DNA of 64,000 bases from Candidatus Melainabacteria bacterium (GTDB lineage: Bacteria; Cyanobacteriota; Vampirovibrionia; 2-02-FULL-35-15), in assembly GCA_016193285.1 (NCBI GenBank), contig JACPSL010000018.1, forward strand, positions 91,535-155,534. The letters are read 5' to 3'. Shown piece by piece: positions 19,209 to 28,834 of the stretch. The notes under the pieces are model-generated. The model was not told the origin of the DNA and searched no databases. It worked only from the letters and a program-made list of their open reading frames with translations. Each line of letters begins with the position of its first letter. Positions within the stretch are counted from its first letter, which is position 1. A program made the translations under genes and the position numbers.

Positions 19209-20599
19209 AGATTAAACATATTTGGAGGGAGCTTATACCCCATTGCCTCAATTCTTTTTGAAAACACTGGTCTAATACCTGATGGTTTAAATATACCCTT
19301 TACTTTACTGTTTTCATCAACTCCTTTTTGCTCAAATGTAAAAATGTCTTGGGTTGTGATAACACCATTTTCCATGCCTGTTACTTCTGATATCTGGGTA
19401 ACCCTTCTTGAGCCGTCAGAAAATCTGTTTAACTGACAAATTAAATTTACTGCTGAAGCAATTTGTTCTCGGATTGCTCTTTGTGGCAATTCAATCCCAG
19501 ACATTAAACACATTGTTTCTAATCTGCTAAATGCATCACGGCTTGTGTTTGCATGTAATGTTCCCATACTGCCATCATGACCTGTATTCATTGCTTGTAA
19601 AAGATCAAGTGCTTCACCAGATCTAATTTCTCCTAAGATTATTCTTTCTGGTCTCATTCTAAGTGCATTTTTAACTAAGTCTCTTTGTGTAATTTCACCT
19701 TTTCCTTCTAAATTTGGTGGTCTTGTTTCAAGTCTAACTACATGATCTCTTTGAAGTTGTAATTCTGCAGCATCTTCAATAGTTACAACTCTTTCGTGAT
19801 TAGGTATGTATCTTGAAAGTGCATTTAAAAATGTTGTTTTCCCAGAACCAGTACCACCAGAAACAATAATATTTAACCTGCAAAGCACGCAAAGTTTTAA
19901 CATCTCACACATGTTTTCAGTCATTGCTCCAAACTTTATTAAATCTTCAAGCATGAATTTTTTCTCTGAGAATTTTCTAATTGATAAAGCTGCCCCATCT
20001 ATGGAAAGGGGCAGAACAATAGCATTAACTCTTGAACCATCTTTTAGCCTTGCATCTACCATTGGTGAGGATTCATCTACTCTCCTACCAACACCACTTA
20101 CAATGCGGCTTATAACTTTCATAAGATGAAACTCATCGTCAAATACAATATCTGTTTTTTCCAGCACTCCTTTTCTTTCTACATAAACTTTTTCAGGACC
20201 ATTTACTAAAATATCGTTTACAGTTGGATCTTTAAGCAGTGGTTCAATAGGACCTAGTCCTAAAATGTCATCTATTAATTCATCAATTAATTTTTTCCTG
20301 TCACTTAAACCTAAAGGAGTTCCTTCTTCCTGGAGTAAAGTATCAATTAAACTAATAATATTTTGTTTTGTAGATTCATCATTTAAGTTTGAATTTAATT
20401 TGCTTGTGTCTAACTCGTCGAGTAATTTACTATGTAATTTCTTTTTTAATTCCTTATAGCCACCTAAAAATTTAGAAGGAGTGGCAGAGGGCTTTTTTTG
20501 TGCTTGAGGACAAGCTTGTTCAGTGCCTGCATTTTCCTTTAAAGGTTCTTCTTTTTTTGAAAATATACTTTTTGAAAATTGTTGTCCTGGATTATTCAT
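19202..20599 (-). CDS. cpaF: CpaF/TadA secretion ATPase.
   Basis: Walker A GGTGSGKTT, followed by Asp box, Walker B and His box; TGHDGSMGTLHANTSRDAFSRLETM. Confidence 0.85.
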   Translation of the reverse strand: MNNPGQQFSKSIFSKKEEPLKENAGTEQACPQAQKKPSATPSKFLGGYKELKKKLHSKLLDELDTSKLNSNLNDESTKQNIISLIDTLLQEEGTPLGLSDRKKLIDELIDDILGLGPIEPLLKDPTVNDILVNGPEKVYVERKGVLEKTDIVFDDEFHLMKVISRIVSGVGRRVDESSPMVDARLKDGSRVNAIVLPLSIDGAALSIRKFSEKKFMLEDLIKFGAMTENMCEMLKLCVLCRLNIIVSGGTGSGKTTFLNALSRYIPNHERVVTIEDAAELQLQRDHVVRLETRPPNLEGKGEITQRDLVKNALRMRPERIILGEIRSGEALDLLQAMNTGHDGSMGTLHANTSRDAFSRLETMCLMSGIELPQRAIREQIASAVNLICQLNRFSDGSRRVTQISEVTGMENGVITTQDIFTFEQKGVDENSKVKGIFKPSGIRPVFSKRIEAMGYKLPPNMFNLC

Positions 20600-20602
20600 T
20601 TT

Positions 20603-21802
20603 TTAAAACCAATTTAAAATTCCTTTCTTTTTAATACTTTTTTCTTCAGTGCTTGAAATATGTTTGCTTGGAGCTTCAGAATCTCCTTCTGGTATTTCTG
20701 ATTTTGAAATTTTTCCTGCTAGAATTTTATAAGATGTTGCAAGCGGGGAATTAGGAGAAAATTCTAAAATAGGTCTTCCATAATTTGATGCTTCAACACA
20801 TAACTGCCAGTCATTTGGCAAGGCATGGTAAATGCTGTGATCAAGTTGCTTCTGAACTAAGGCAGGTTCTAAACTTCCAATGTACCAATCCTGCCTATTA
20901 ATTACAGGTTTAATTTTATTGTCAAAGGTGCCAAGCTCTTTTAAAATCTGAATAAAAATTCTATTGTCTCTAATAGCTAAAAGATCAAATGTCGTAAGTA
21001 AGAGCAAGTCATTAGATTTTTGAATAAAAAACATGGATATTTCATCAAGCATTCGTGCAGAAGTATCAATTAAAATAAAGTCATAAGTTTCAGAAGCAAT
21101 TTCTATTAAATGTTCTAAGCCAGAAGCAGTTATTTCGTTGTAATCACTGGTTTTAATCAGGCCACCTATAAGTGCTAGGTTTTTCCCAATAGTGCTTACA
21201 GCATTTGTAAGATAATGTTCATCCAGGCTTTTATCTTGTTTACAAATATCAACAAGTGTACACTTTGGAATTGTGTTTAATAAAACGGTTACATGATTAG
21301 AAAATCCTGCAGCATCAATGATTAATGTTTTTTTCTGGTAAGTGTTTGCAAGTGCATAACTAAGATTTACTGTTGTAGTACTTACACCTGTACCACCTTT
21401 GTAACTAAGTAAAGTAATAACCTTGGCTGTCTTTCTTGTAGGCATATGACCTTTAGGTGCTGTATTTAAACGATCTAAACAAGAAATGAGTTCAAATCTT
21501 TTAAATGGTTTAACTAAAAATCCAACTGCACCAAGTTTAATTGCTTCAATTGCTAAATCTGCATCTTTAAAATCTGAGACTATTAAGAAATGCTTCCCGA
21601 CTAAATTTGATGAATAGTCAGCAAGAATATTGTGAGCATTTGTTTGGTTTCCTGAAAAATCTAAAATTATTAAGTTACAACCTGGCAGTTCTTGATAATC
21701 CTTGACTAAGGATATCTCTAATTGGCCTTCCCATACATTGGATATGGTTTCTTCCCAATATTTTTGTTCGTTTTGTTGTGTTATAACTAGTATTTTAAGC
21801 AT
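20603..21802 (-). CDS. cpaE: CpaE/TadZ-like protein: N-terminal receiver-like domain plus a MinD/ParA-type ATPase.
   Basis: Deviant Walker A LSYKGGTGVSTTTVNLSYALA. Confidence 0.7.
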   Translation of the reverse strand: MLKILVITQQNEQKYWEETISNVWEGQLEISLVKDYQELPGCNLIILDFSGNQTNAHNILADYSSNLVGKHFLIVSDFKDADLAIEAIKLGAVGFLVKPFKRFELISCLDRLNTAPKGHMPTRKTAKVITLLSYKGGTGVSTTTVNLSYALANTYQKKTLIIDAAGFSNHVTVLLNTIPKCTLVDICKQDKSLDEHYLTNAVSTIGKNLALIGGLIKTSDYNEITASGLEHLIEIASETYDFILIDTSARMLDEISMFFIQKSNDLLLLTTFDLLAIRDNRIFIQILKELGTFDNKIKPVINRQDWYIGSLEPALVQKQLDHSIYHALPNDWQLCVEASNYGRPILEFSPNSPLATSYKILAGKISKSEIPEGDSEAPSKHISSTEEKSIKKKGILNWF

Positions 21803-21892
21803 ATATTAATTAGTGGGCAATATATAGTAATGTGCCCTCTAAAGTTCAACTGCTAACAACCAAGGGAAATAGTGGGTTAACCCTACGTCATA

Positions 21893-22960
21893 ATGACTAT
21901 GTTAAAAATTTTCTTTACTTTATCTTTAATTTTTCTACTTCAGTTAACTTGTTTTGCAAATACTTCTTCTCCTCTATTTAGAGGATATATTGTAAACAAA
22001 ACATTAATTCCAATGAAACTTAAGATATATGAAATTGATAAGGATTCATATTATTTAGCAGAGAGAAATTTTGATGACAATTCAATTGTACCGGTTTTAA
22101 ATTTAAAAGTTACTGTTGAAAACAAGGAGGATTATAACTTAGCTTTTGAAGATTATAAAATATTTATTCCAGAGTCAACAAAACTTATTGGACATATAAG
22201 TGAAATTATTCCTCCTAAAAGCTTTGACAGAAAAGGTTTTTACAAAGTTACTTTTAATAAAGCAATTTGTCCTAGTGGACAGACAATTTATCTGATGTCA
22301 GATATAGTTTCTGGCGAATTAACAAAAACATATAATCCTTTACATCATTTAGGAAAAAGTACTTTAAGTTTACTTGGTGGTTCACTTGCAGGAGCATTAT
22401 TTTCATACCAGCTTGGTGGATTAGGTTTAATAGTAGCAACTCATGGTTATTCACTTGCAGCAGGTGCAGGAATCGGTGGGTTGTTTGCTACAGTTGGTGG
22501 TTTTACAAGTAGCGGAAAAAGTGCAACTATAGAACCTGGTAATGAACTAACATTAACTCCTCTTGATGAAGTAAGTTTAGAACAATTAAAACAAGTTACA
22601 TGTCTAAAAGATCAAGTTTCCCAAACAGCTGACAAGTCTGAACTTAGTCTTGAGATTTTAAAAGTCAAACAAAAAAAAGATATTATGGGAGATAAGATTC
22701 TTAAAATAACTGTTAAAGTTATAAATAATTCAGATGAGAAATATAGACTAAGTAATTTTTACTTAAAGGACTCACAAGGGAAAGAATATTCACCTACGTT
22801 TGTTGATTTAAATGATGATATGTTTATTGACTTTCCTCCAAAACTAACTAAAATAGCTAAACTTAATTTTTTTGTAGATTATCCTAAGGCTACACACTGG
22901 CTTGTTTTAAAAAATGGGACTTTTAGTAAGGAGCTTGGTTCTTGGAAAGTAATTGACTGA
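21893..22960 (+). CDS. Secreted protein with a central glycine-zipper segment. It is a paralog of 45063..46148.
   Basis: Signal peptide. GGSLAGALFSYQLGGLGLIVATHGYSLAAGAGIGGLFATVGG compares with ATHGISVLAGGGIGASAGIVGS in the paralog. Both share the IIPP...F.RKG N-domain. Confidence 0.45.
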   Translation: MTMLKIFFTLSLIFLLQLTCFANTSSPLFRGYIVNKTLIPMKLKIYEIDKDSYYLAERNFDDNSIVPVLNLKVTVENKEDYNLAFEDYKIFIPESTKLIGHISEIIPPKSFDRKGFYKVTFNKAICPSGQTIYLMSDIVSGELTKTYNPLHHLGKSTLSLLGGSLAGALFSYQLGGLGLIVATHGYSLAAGAGIGGLFATVGGFTSSGKSATIEPGNELTLTPLDEVSLEQLKQVTCLKDQVSQTADKSELSLEILKVKQKKDIMGDKILKITVKVINNSDEKYRLSNFYLKDSQGKEYSPTFVDLNDDMFIDFPPKLTKIAKLNFFVDYPKATHWLVLKNGTFSKELGSWKVID

Positions 22961-23881
22961 AGTTGCTAAGTACCATTCATATGTTTTTTTTAGTCCAGTT
23001 TTTAAGTTAGTTTTTGCTTTCCATCCTAGTTTGTTTAGTTTTGTGGTGTCTAAAAGTTTTCTTGGAGTTCCATCTGGCATGGATATGTCAAATTGTAAGT
23101 CTCCTTTATAATCAATCACTTCACATATTAGTTTAGCTAGTTGTTTAATTGAATATTCTTCACTAGAACCAATATTTATAATTTCATTTTCTGAATAATT
23201 TCTTATAATAAATATACATGCATTTGCTAAGTCATCCACGTATAAAAATTCTCTGAGTGGCTTACCACTACCCCAAATAGTTACCTCATTAGAGTTTAAT
23301 ACTTTTGCTTTATGGATCCTTTCAATTAAAGCAGGAATTACATGATTGTTTTTACTATCATATTTATCACCAATGCCGTATAGATTTGCTGGCATTACTG
23401 AAACAAAATTTGTTTTATATTGCTTGTTATAACTTTGACACATAATTATCCCTGCGATTTTTGCAATTGCATAAGATTCATTTGTAGATTCTAATTTACT
23501 TGTTAATAAATATTCTTCTTTTATTGGCTGAGGACAATCTCTTGGATAAATACAAGAAGAACCTAAGAATAAAAGTTTTTTAACTTTATTTAAATATGAA
23601 TTGTGGATTATATTATTTTGGATTTGTAGGTTTTCATAAATAAACTCTGCTGGATAAGTACTGTTTGCATATATTCCACCAACCTTTGCAGCAGCTAATA
23701 TTACATATTCAGGTTTTTCATCCTTAAAGAAAGAAAATACTTTTTTGTAATCTAAAAGTTCTAATTCTTCATGAGTTTTTGTTATTAAATTTTTATATCC
23801 TTGGTTTTTTAATTCCCTTATAATTGCAGAACCTACTAAACCAGTATGTCCAGCTACATAAATTTTTGATTTTCTTTCCAT
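22907..23881 (-). CDS. fcl: GDP-L-fucose synthase (GDP-4-keto-6-deoxymannose 3,5-epimerase/4-reductase).
   Basis: SDR fold, glycine-rich VAGHTGLVGSAI NAD(P)-binding motif and YxxxK. It lies directly downstream of gmd. Confidence 0.8.
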   Translation of the reverse strand: MERKSKIYVAGHTGLVGSAIIRELKNQGYKNLITKTHEELELLDYKKVFSFFKDEKPEYVILAAAKVGGIYANSTYPAEFIYENLQIQNNIIHNSYLNKVKKLLFLGSSCIYPRDCPQPIKEEYLLTSKLESTNESYAIAKIAGIIMCQSYNKQYKTNFVSVMPANLYGIGDKYDSKNNHVIPALIERIHKAKVLNSNEVTIWGSGKPLREFLYVDDLANACIFIIRNYSENEIINIGSSEEYSIKQLAKLICEVIDYKGDLQFDISMPDGTPRKLLDTTKLNKLGWKAKTNLKTGLKKTYEWYLATSVNYFPRTKLLTKSPIF

Positions 23882-25011
23882 TAGTTACTGTATATGGGTT
23901 CTTTAAAGCTGCCTTCTTTTAAGTAAATTGATTGTTTGGCTTGTTCTAAATCATGTTTAACCATTTCCTTTATTAATGAATTAAGATCATATTCTCTTTT
24001 CCAGCCTAATTCTTTTTCTGCAAGTATAGAATCTCCCTTTAAGATATCTGTCTCAGTAGGTCTAAAATATCTTGAATCAACTTCAATAAGTACATCTCCC
24101 TTTTTATATCTTGATAATATAGGAAGAAGTGTTACATTAGTAAAGTCTTTTATCTTTCCTTTTGTTTCAAGTCCTTTTCCTGTCCATTCAATAATTATTC
24201 CAACTTCCTTAAATGCTAACTCAACAAATTCTCTAACTGATGTTGTAGTTCCTGTAGCTAGTACATAGTCTCTGGGCTCCTTTTGCTGAAGCATTAACCA
24301 CATGCCATATACATAATCTTTAGTATGTCCCCAGTCACGCTTGGCATCTAAGTTTCCAAGATAAATTTTATCTTCAATACCTAATGCGATTTTGCTTACT
24401 CCCCTTGTAATTTTTCTACTTACAAATGTTTCACCTCTAAGTGGTGATTCATGATTAAAAAGAATTCCATTACAAGCAAAAATATCATAAGCTTCCCTGT
24501 AATTGACTGTAATCCAGTAAGCAAAAACTTTTGAAGCAGCATACGGGGATCTTGGATAAAAAGGAGTATTTTCATTCTGAGGAATTTCCTGAGCTAAGCC
24601 AAACATCTCGGAAGAAGAAGCCTGGTAAAACTTAATTTTTTTTTCTAACTTTAAGGTTCTAATTGCTTCTAAAATTCTTAAAGTACCAAGTGCATCAACA
24701 TTTGCAGTGTATTCTGGATTTTCAAATGAAACCTGTACGTGGCTTTGAGCTCCTAGATTATAAATTTCATCTGGTTCAATTTTTTGGACAAGATGAACAA
24801 TGCTTGTTGAATCGGTAAGATCGCCATAATGTAAAAAAAAACGACAATCTGGTATGTGTGGGTCTTGATACAAGTGATCAATTCTACTTGTATTAAATGT
24901 AGATGCTCTTCGTTTAATACCATGTACTATATAACCTTTTTTTAAAAGTAGTTCTGATAAGTAAGTTCCATCTTGTCCGGTAATTCCAGTAATCAAAGCT
25001 TTTTTTGACAT
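23881..25011 (-). CDS. gmd: GDP-mannose 4,6-dehydratase.
   Basis: [43 protein letters not shown] is near-canonical Gmd. Confidence 0.85.
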   Translation of the reverse strand: MSKKALITGITGQDGTYLSELLLKKGYIVHGIKRRASTFNTSRIDHLYQDPHIPDCRFFLHYGDLTDSTSIVHLVQKIEPDEIYNLGAQSHVQVSFENPEYTANVDALGTLRILEAIRTLKLEKKIKFYQASSSEMFGLAQEIPQNENTPFYPRSPYAASKVFAYWITVNYREAYDIFACNGILFNHESPLRGETFVSRKITRGVSKIALGIEDKIYLGNLDAKRDWGHTKDYVYGMWLMLQQKEPRDYVLATGTTTSVREFVELAFKEVGIIIEWTGKGLETKGKIKDFTNVTLLPILSRYKKGDVLIEVDSRYFRPTETDILKGDSILAEKELGWKREYDLNSLIKEMVKHDLEQAKQSIYLKEGSFKEPIYSN

Positions 25012-25050
25012 ATCTTTTCCATTATATTACATAAGTAAAATCTTTATTAA

Positions 25051-26679
25051 TTGACTTTACCTTTAAGTAATATTGTAAAATCATTTTTGCAAATGCCAAA
25101 AGTATTAGTCACAGATAAATTAAACGAAGCAGGTCTGGAAATTTTGAAACAAGTTTCTGAAGTTGTATATAAGCCAGGAATTTCAGTTCTTGAATTAAAA
25201 CAAATAATTAAAGATTACAATGCTCTTTTAGTTCGTAGTCAGACAACAGTTACTAAAGAAATTATTGATTCTTGTTCTTCTAGTATGCAAATAATTGGAA
25301 GAGCAGGAGTTGGTGTTGACAATATTGATTTAGATGCAGCAACAAAAAAAGGAATTATTGTAGTAAATTCTCCTGAGGGTAATACTACAAGTGCAGCAGA
25401 ACACACAATTGCAATGATGATGTCCTTAGCTAGATTAATTCCACCTGCAGATGCCTCAATGAAAAAAAATGAATGGAAGAGAACAAGTTTTTTAGGATTT
25501 GAAATATTTAACAAGGTTCTTGGTGTTGTAGGTCTTGGAAAAATTGGAGCTAGAGTAGCAAAAATTGCACAGTCAATGGGAATGAAAATAATTGCTTATG
25601 ATCCATATGTAAGTCAAGAATTTGCATCACAACATAGGTTTGAACTTGTTAGCATTAATGATATTTGGGAAAGAGCAGACATTATTACTTTCCATGTTCC
25701 AAAAACTCAAGAGACAACAAATCTTCTTAATAAGGAAACACTAAAAAAATGTAAAAAAGGTGTGAGGATAATTAATTGTGCCCGTGGGGGTATTGTAAAT
25801 GAAGAAGCAATAACTGAGGCAATTCAATCAGGGCATGTAGCTGGTGCTGCTTTTGATGTGTTTAATGAAGAACCTGTTAAAAATAGTCCTCTTCTTTCAC
25901 TTGGTGACAAAATTGTTTTAACACCACATCTTGGTGCAAGTACTGAAGAAGCTCAATTAAATGTTGCATTAGATGTTGCAGAACAAATTAGGGATGTTTT
26001 AACAGGTGGCTATGCAAGAAGTGCTGTTAATTTACCTGCAATGAAACCTGAAATAATTGCTGAAGTTAAGCCATTTATGAAGTTGGCTAATTGGTTAGGA
26101 ACAATTGCAGCACAACTTATAGATGGTAAAGTTCAGGAAATTCAAATTGAGGCTAGAGGTGAACTTGCTAAGAAAAATATAGACCCATTAAATATTTCAA
26201 TTATAAAAGGTGTTTTAGCTTGTAGCATTGAAGGGGTAAATTTTGTAAATGCTCCATTAATTGCTAAAGCAAGAGGAGTAAAAATTACTGAATCAAAATC
26301 ATTTGACTCAAGAGATTATGTAGAAGAGTTAAAAGTTACTTTAAAAACAGAAAAGAGAGTTAAAGTTGTCTCTGGAACACTCTTGGCACAAGGTGTTCCT
26401 GCAATTGTACAGATTGATAATTATTCAATGAATGCAACACCTGCAGAACATATGCTTTTAACACAGCACCAAGATAAGCCTGGAATGATTGCTCAAGTTT
26501 CAACTATTCTTTGGCAAGGAAACATAAATATAAGTTCAATGCATGTAGGTAGAAAAGGCCCAAGAGAAATGTCAGTAATGATATTAAACTTAGACGATCC
26601 ACTTCCAGAAGAACTTGTAAAAAAAGTGGGGAAGATAGAAGGAGTCTTGGAAGCTAGATACATTAAACTGATTACTTAG
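25051..26679 (+). CDS. serA: D-3-phosphoglycerate dehydrogenase (long form with ASB and ACT domains).
   Basis: 2-hydroxyacid dehydrogenase blocks GVVGLGKIGARVA, CARGG and HLGAST. C-terminal ACT domain. 542 aa. Confidence 0.8.
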   Translation: MTLPLSNIVKSFLQMPKVLVTDKLNEAGLEILKQVSEVVYKPGISVLELKQIIKDYNALLVRSQTTVTKEIIDSCSSSMQIIGRAGVGVDNIDLDAATKKGIIVVNSPEGNTTSAAEHTIAMMMSLARLIPPADASMKKNEWKRTSFLGFEIFNKVLGVVGLGKIGARVAKIAQSMGMKIIAYDPYVSQEFASQHRFELVSINDIWERADIITFHVPKTQETTNLLNKETLKKCKKGVRIINCARGGIVNEEAITEAIQSGHVAGAAFDVFNEEPVKNSPLLSLGDKIVLTPHLGASTEEAQLNVALDVAEQIRDVLTGGYARSAVNLPAMKPEIIAEVKPFMKLANWLGTIAAQLIDGKVQEIQIEARGELAKKNIDPLNISIIKGVLACSIEGVNFVNAPLIAKARGVKITESKSFDSRDYVEELKVTLKTEKRVKVVSGTLLAQGVPAIVQIDNYSMNATPAEHMLLTQHQDKPGMIAQVSTILWQGNINISSMHVGRKGPREMSVMILNLDDPLPEELVKKVGKIEGVLEARYIKLIT

Positions 26680-26725
26680 CATTAATACATAATATTTCAT
26701 TTTTGGATGCTAAAATAAAAAAACT

Positions 26726-27190
26726 ATGTCAAATATAAAACTCTTACTTAAAGAAAAAGTAGATAAACTTGGGGACATTGGAGAAATTGTTTCAGTTAAA
26801 CCTGGTTATGCGAGGAATTTCTTGCTGCCTAATGGTTTAGCAGCTATTCCAACACTTGGTGAAATAAAAGCAATGCAAAGAAAGAAAGAATTACTAGAAA
26901 AGCAATATAAAGAAGAAAAATTAACAGCAGAAGAGTTAGCTAAAAAGATTAGTGAATATCCGTCGCTTAGTATAGTTGCATCTAGTGGTGCAGCTGGAAA
27001 ACTTTTCGGGAGGATTACACCGAAAGACATTGCAGAAAAATTGACCAGTCTTATTGGGGAAAATATAGACAGAAAACAAGTACTCTTAAAAAGATCAATC
27101 AGTGAACTTGGTGAATATGAAATTAAATTAAAACTTCATGGTGAAGTTATAACTCAGATTAAACTTATAGTTAAAAAAGAAGATGTCTAA
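26726..27190 (+). CDS. rplI: 50S ribosomal protein L9.
   Basis: KLLLKEKVDKLGDIGEIVSVKPGYARNFLLP N-terminal signature. Confidence 0.85.
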   Translation: MSNIKLLLKEKVDKLGDIGEIVSVKPGYARNFLLPNGLAAIPTLGEIKAMQRKKELLEKQYKEEKLTAEELAKKISEYPSLSIVASSGAAGKLFGRITPKDIAEKLTSLIGENIDRKQVLLKRSISELGEYEIKLKLHGEVITQIKLIVKKEDV

Positions 27191-27515
27191 AAAGCTCTCA
27201 ATTTTAAAAAAAATGTTTTTATTGATACTTCTCTTGAATTTATTAATTGGTCTGGCCAAGGGAGCAAGTGCTGAAAATAGTCTAAAAGGCGAAAGATTGT
27301 TTAAGGCTAATTGTAGTGGTTGTCATTTAAATGGGCAAAATCTAATAAGACCAGAAAAACCTATAATAGGTTCTTTAAAGCTTCAATCAAAAAAGACGTT
27401 TAAAGCTTTTATAGAAAATCCACCACCACCAATGCCAAAGTTTAAAAACATTGCAGATAAACCTGTACAATTAGATGCTTTATACAAATATGTAACTTCA
27501 CTTAAAGGCCAATAA
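27183..27515 (+). CDS. Class I c-type cytochrome (c6/c553-like), secreted.
   Basis: Signal peptide. Single CSGCH heme-binding motif. Approximately 85-aa mature protein with a Met-containing distal region (PPPPMPKF). Confidence 0.6.
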   Translation: MSKKLSILKKMFLLILLLNLLIGLAKGASAENSLKGERLFKANCSGCHLNGQNLIRPEKPIIGSLKLQSKKTFKAFIENPPPPMPKFKNIADKPVQLDALYKYVTSLKGQ

Positions 27516-27517
27516 AG

Positions 27518-28129
27518 ATGTCATTTGTTACTTTTGAAGGAATTGATTGTTCTGGCAAAACCACTCAGATAAATCTTTTAAAAAAATATTTTCAAAATAA
27601 TCAAGATGTAATTTTTACATCTAACCCGGGTGAAACCCAACTTGGAAAAGAGCTAAGGAAGATTCTTTTACACAGATCAGATCTTAAACTTTCTGAAATA
27701 AATGAAATGTTTTTATTTTTTTCTGGTATTCAGGATAATTATGAAAAAATAATTTTACCTGCCTTGTCAAAAAATCAAACTGTATTTTGTGACAGATATT
27801 ATGATTCAACAATTGCATATCAAGGTTTTGGAAGGCGTCTTGATATGAATAAAATCATAAAATTAGTTGAAGTAACTGCTCTTCCTGAACCCAACTTAAC
27901 TTTTTTATTTAGAATTGATTTTGATATTTTTTTAAAGCGATCAGAAAACAAGTCTTCAAAAGATAAAATGGAAAATTCTAAAAATCAATTTTATAAGAAT
28001 GTAATTAATGGTTATGATGAATTATCAAAAATATATAAGAACAGATATGTAGTGTTAGATGGCTCAAAAGCTGTAGAAATATTGCATGGTGAGATAAAAG
28101 AAGTACTAAAAGAAAGATTAGGTGTTTGA
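27518..28129 (+). CDS. tmk: Thymidylate kinase.
   Basis: FVTFEGIDCSGKTTQ P-loop and DRY motif. Confidence 0.8.
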   Translation: MSFVTFEGIDCSGKTTQINLLKKYFQNNQDVIFTSNPGETQLGKELRKILLHRSDLKLSEINEMFLFFSGIQDNYEKIILPALSKNQTVFCDRYYDSTIAYQGFGRRLDMNKIIKLVEVTALPEPNLTFLFRIDFDIFLKRSENKSSKDKMENSKNQFYKNVINGYDELSKIYKNRYVVLDGSKAVEILHGEIKEVLKERLGV

Positions 28130-28145
28130 TAGAATGCTATGGAAT

Positions 28146-28217
28146 GCCGAAGTAGCTCAATGGCAGAGCAACGGTTTTGTAAACCGTAGGTTGTCAGTTC
28201 GAATCTGATCTTCGGCT
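28146..28217 (+). tRNA. tRNA-Thr (anticodon TGT).
   Basis: GCCGAAGTAGCTCAATGGCAGAGCAACGGTTTTGTAAACCGTAGGTTGTCAGTTCGAATCTGATCTTCGGCT. Anticodon stem ACGGT/ACCGT with loop TTTGTAA. Confidence 0.85.
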
Positions 28218-28273
28218 TGGTACAAAGCAAAGGCTTGTCCGAGAGTATGACTCAATAAGAAAGGAGAAAGAAT

Positions 28274-28834
28274 TTGAGATTTGAAAGATTTGAAAGAAGA
28301 CCTTATAGAGAGCTGCCAATGATTAATGAAAGGATTAGAGCAAGAGAGGTTCGCTTAATATCTGAAACAGGTGAGATGTTAGGCATAATGCCAACAATGC
28401 AAGCAGTAAAAATTGCAAAAGAAAGAGGTTACGATCTTGTATTAGTTAGCGGGCAAGAGGGTCAAACGCCAGTTGCAAAAATAGTAGACTATGGGAAATT
28501 TAAATTTGAAGCTGAAAAAAAAGCACGTGAGGCAAGAAAAAAACAACACATTGTTGATGTGAAAGAAATTAAAATGAGTTACAAGATAGAAAAACATGAC
28601 TACCTGGTAAATGTAAGAAAGGCAGAAAGATTTTTAACTCATAACAAAGATAAGGTAAAAGTTACTGTTACATTACGTGGCAGAGAAATGGAACATAAGA
28701 ATCTAGCTATTGATTTATTAAATAGATTTGTTACAGATATCTCTGTTTGGGGTGCTCCTGAAAAACCTGTAAAAATGGAAGGTAGAACAGCGCTAGTAAT
28801 CATAACTCCAGTACAACATACACACAAAAAATAA
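28274..28834 (+). CDS. infC: Translation initiation factor IF-3, probably with a non-ATG (TTG) start.
   Basis: INERIRAREVRLISETGEMLGIM and the C-domain are conserved. AAGGAG lies 7 nt upstream of the TTG at 28274. The first in-frame ATG is at 28319. Confidence 0.85.
   Translation: MRFERFERRPYRELPMINERIRAREVRLISETGEMLGIMPTMQAVKIAKERGYDLVLVSGQEGQTPVAKIVDYGKFKFEAEKKAREARKKQHIVDVKEIKMSYKIEKHDYLVNVRKAERFLTHNKDKVKVTVTLRGREMEHKNLAIDLLNRFVTDISVWGAPEKPVKMEGRTALVIITPVQHTHKK

Noticed and set aside
17646-20459. Several 60-110-aa plus-strand ORFs inside the tad operon.
   Set aside because: All are antisense to the conserved tadC, tadB and cpaF genes.
21803-21892. Partial palindrome gggcaatatatagtaatgtgccc in the cpaE / glycine-zipper gene divergent promoter region.
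   Set aside because: It is only an imperfect 6-bp inverted repeat. This is too weak to call an operator without comparative data.
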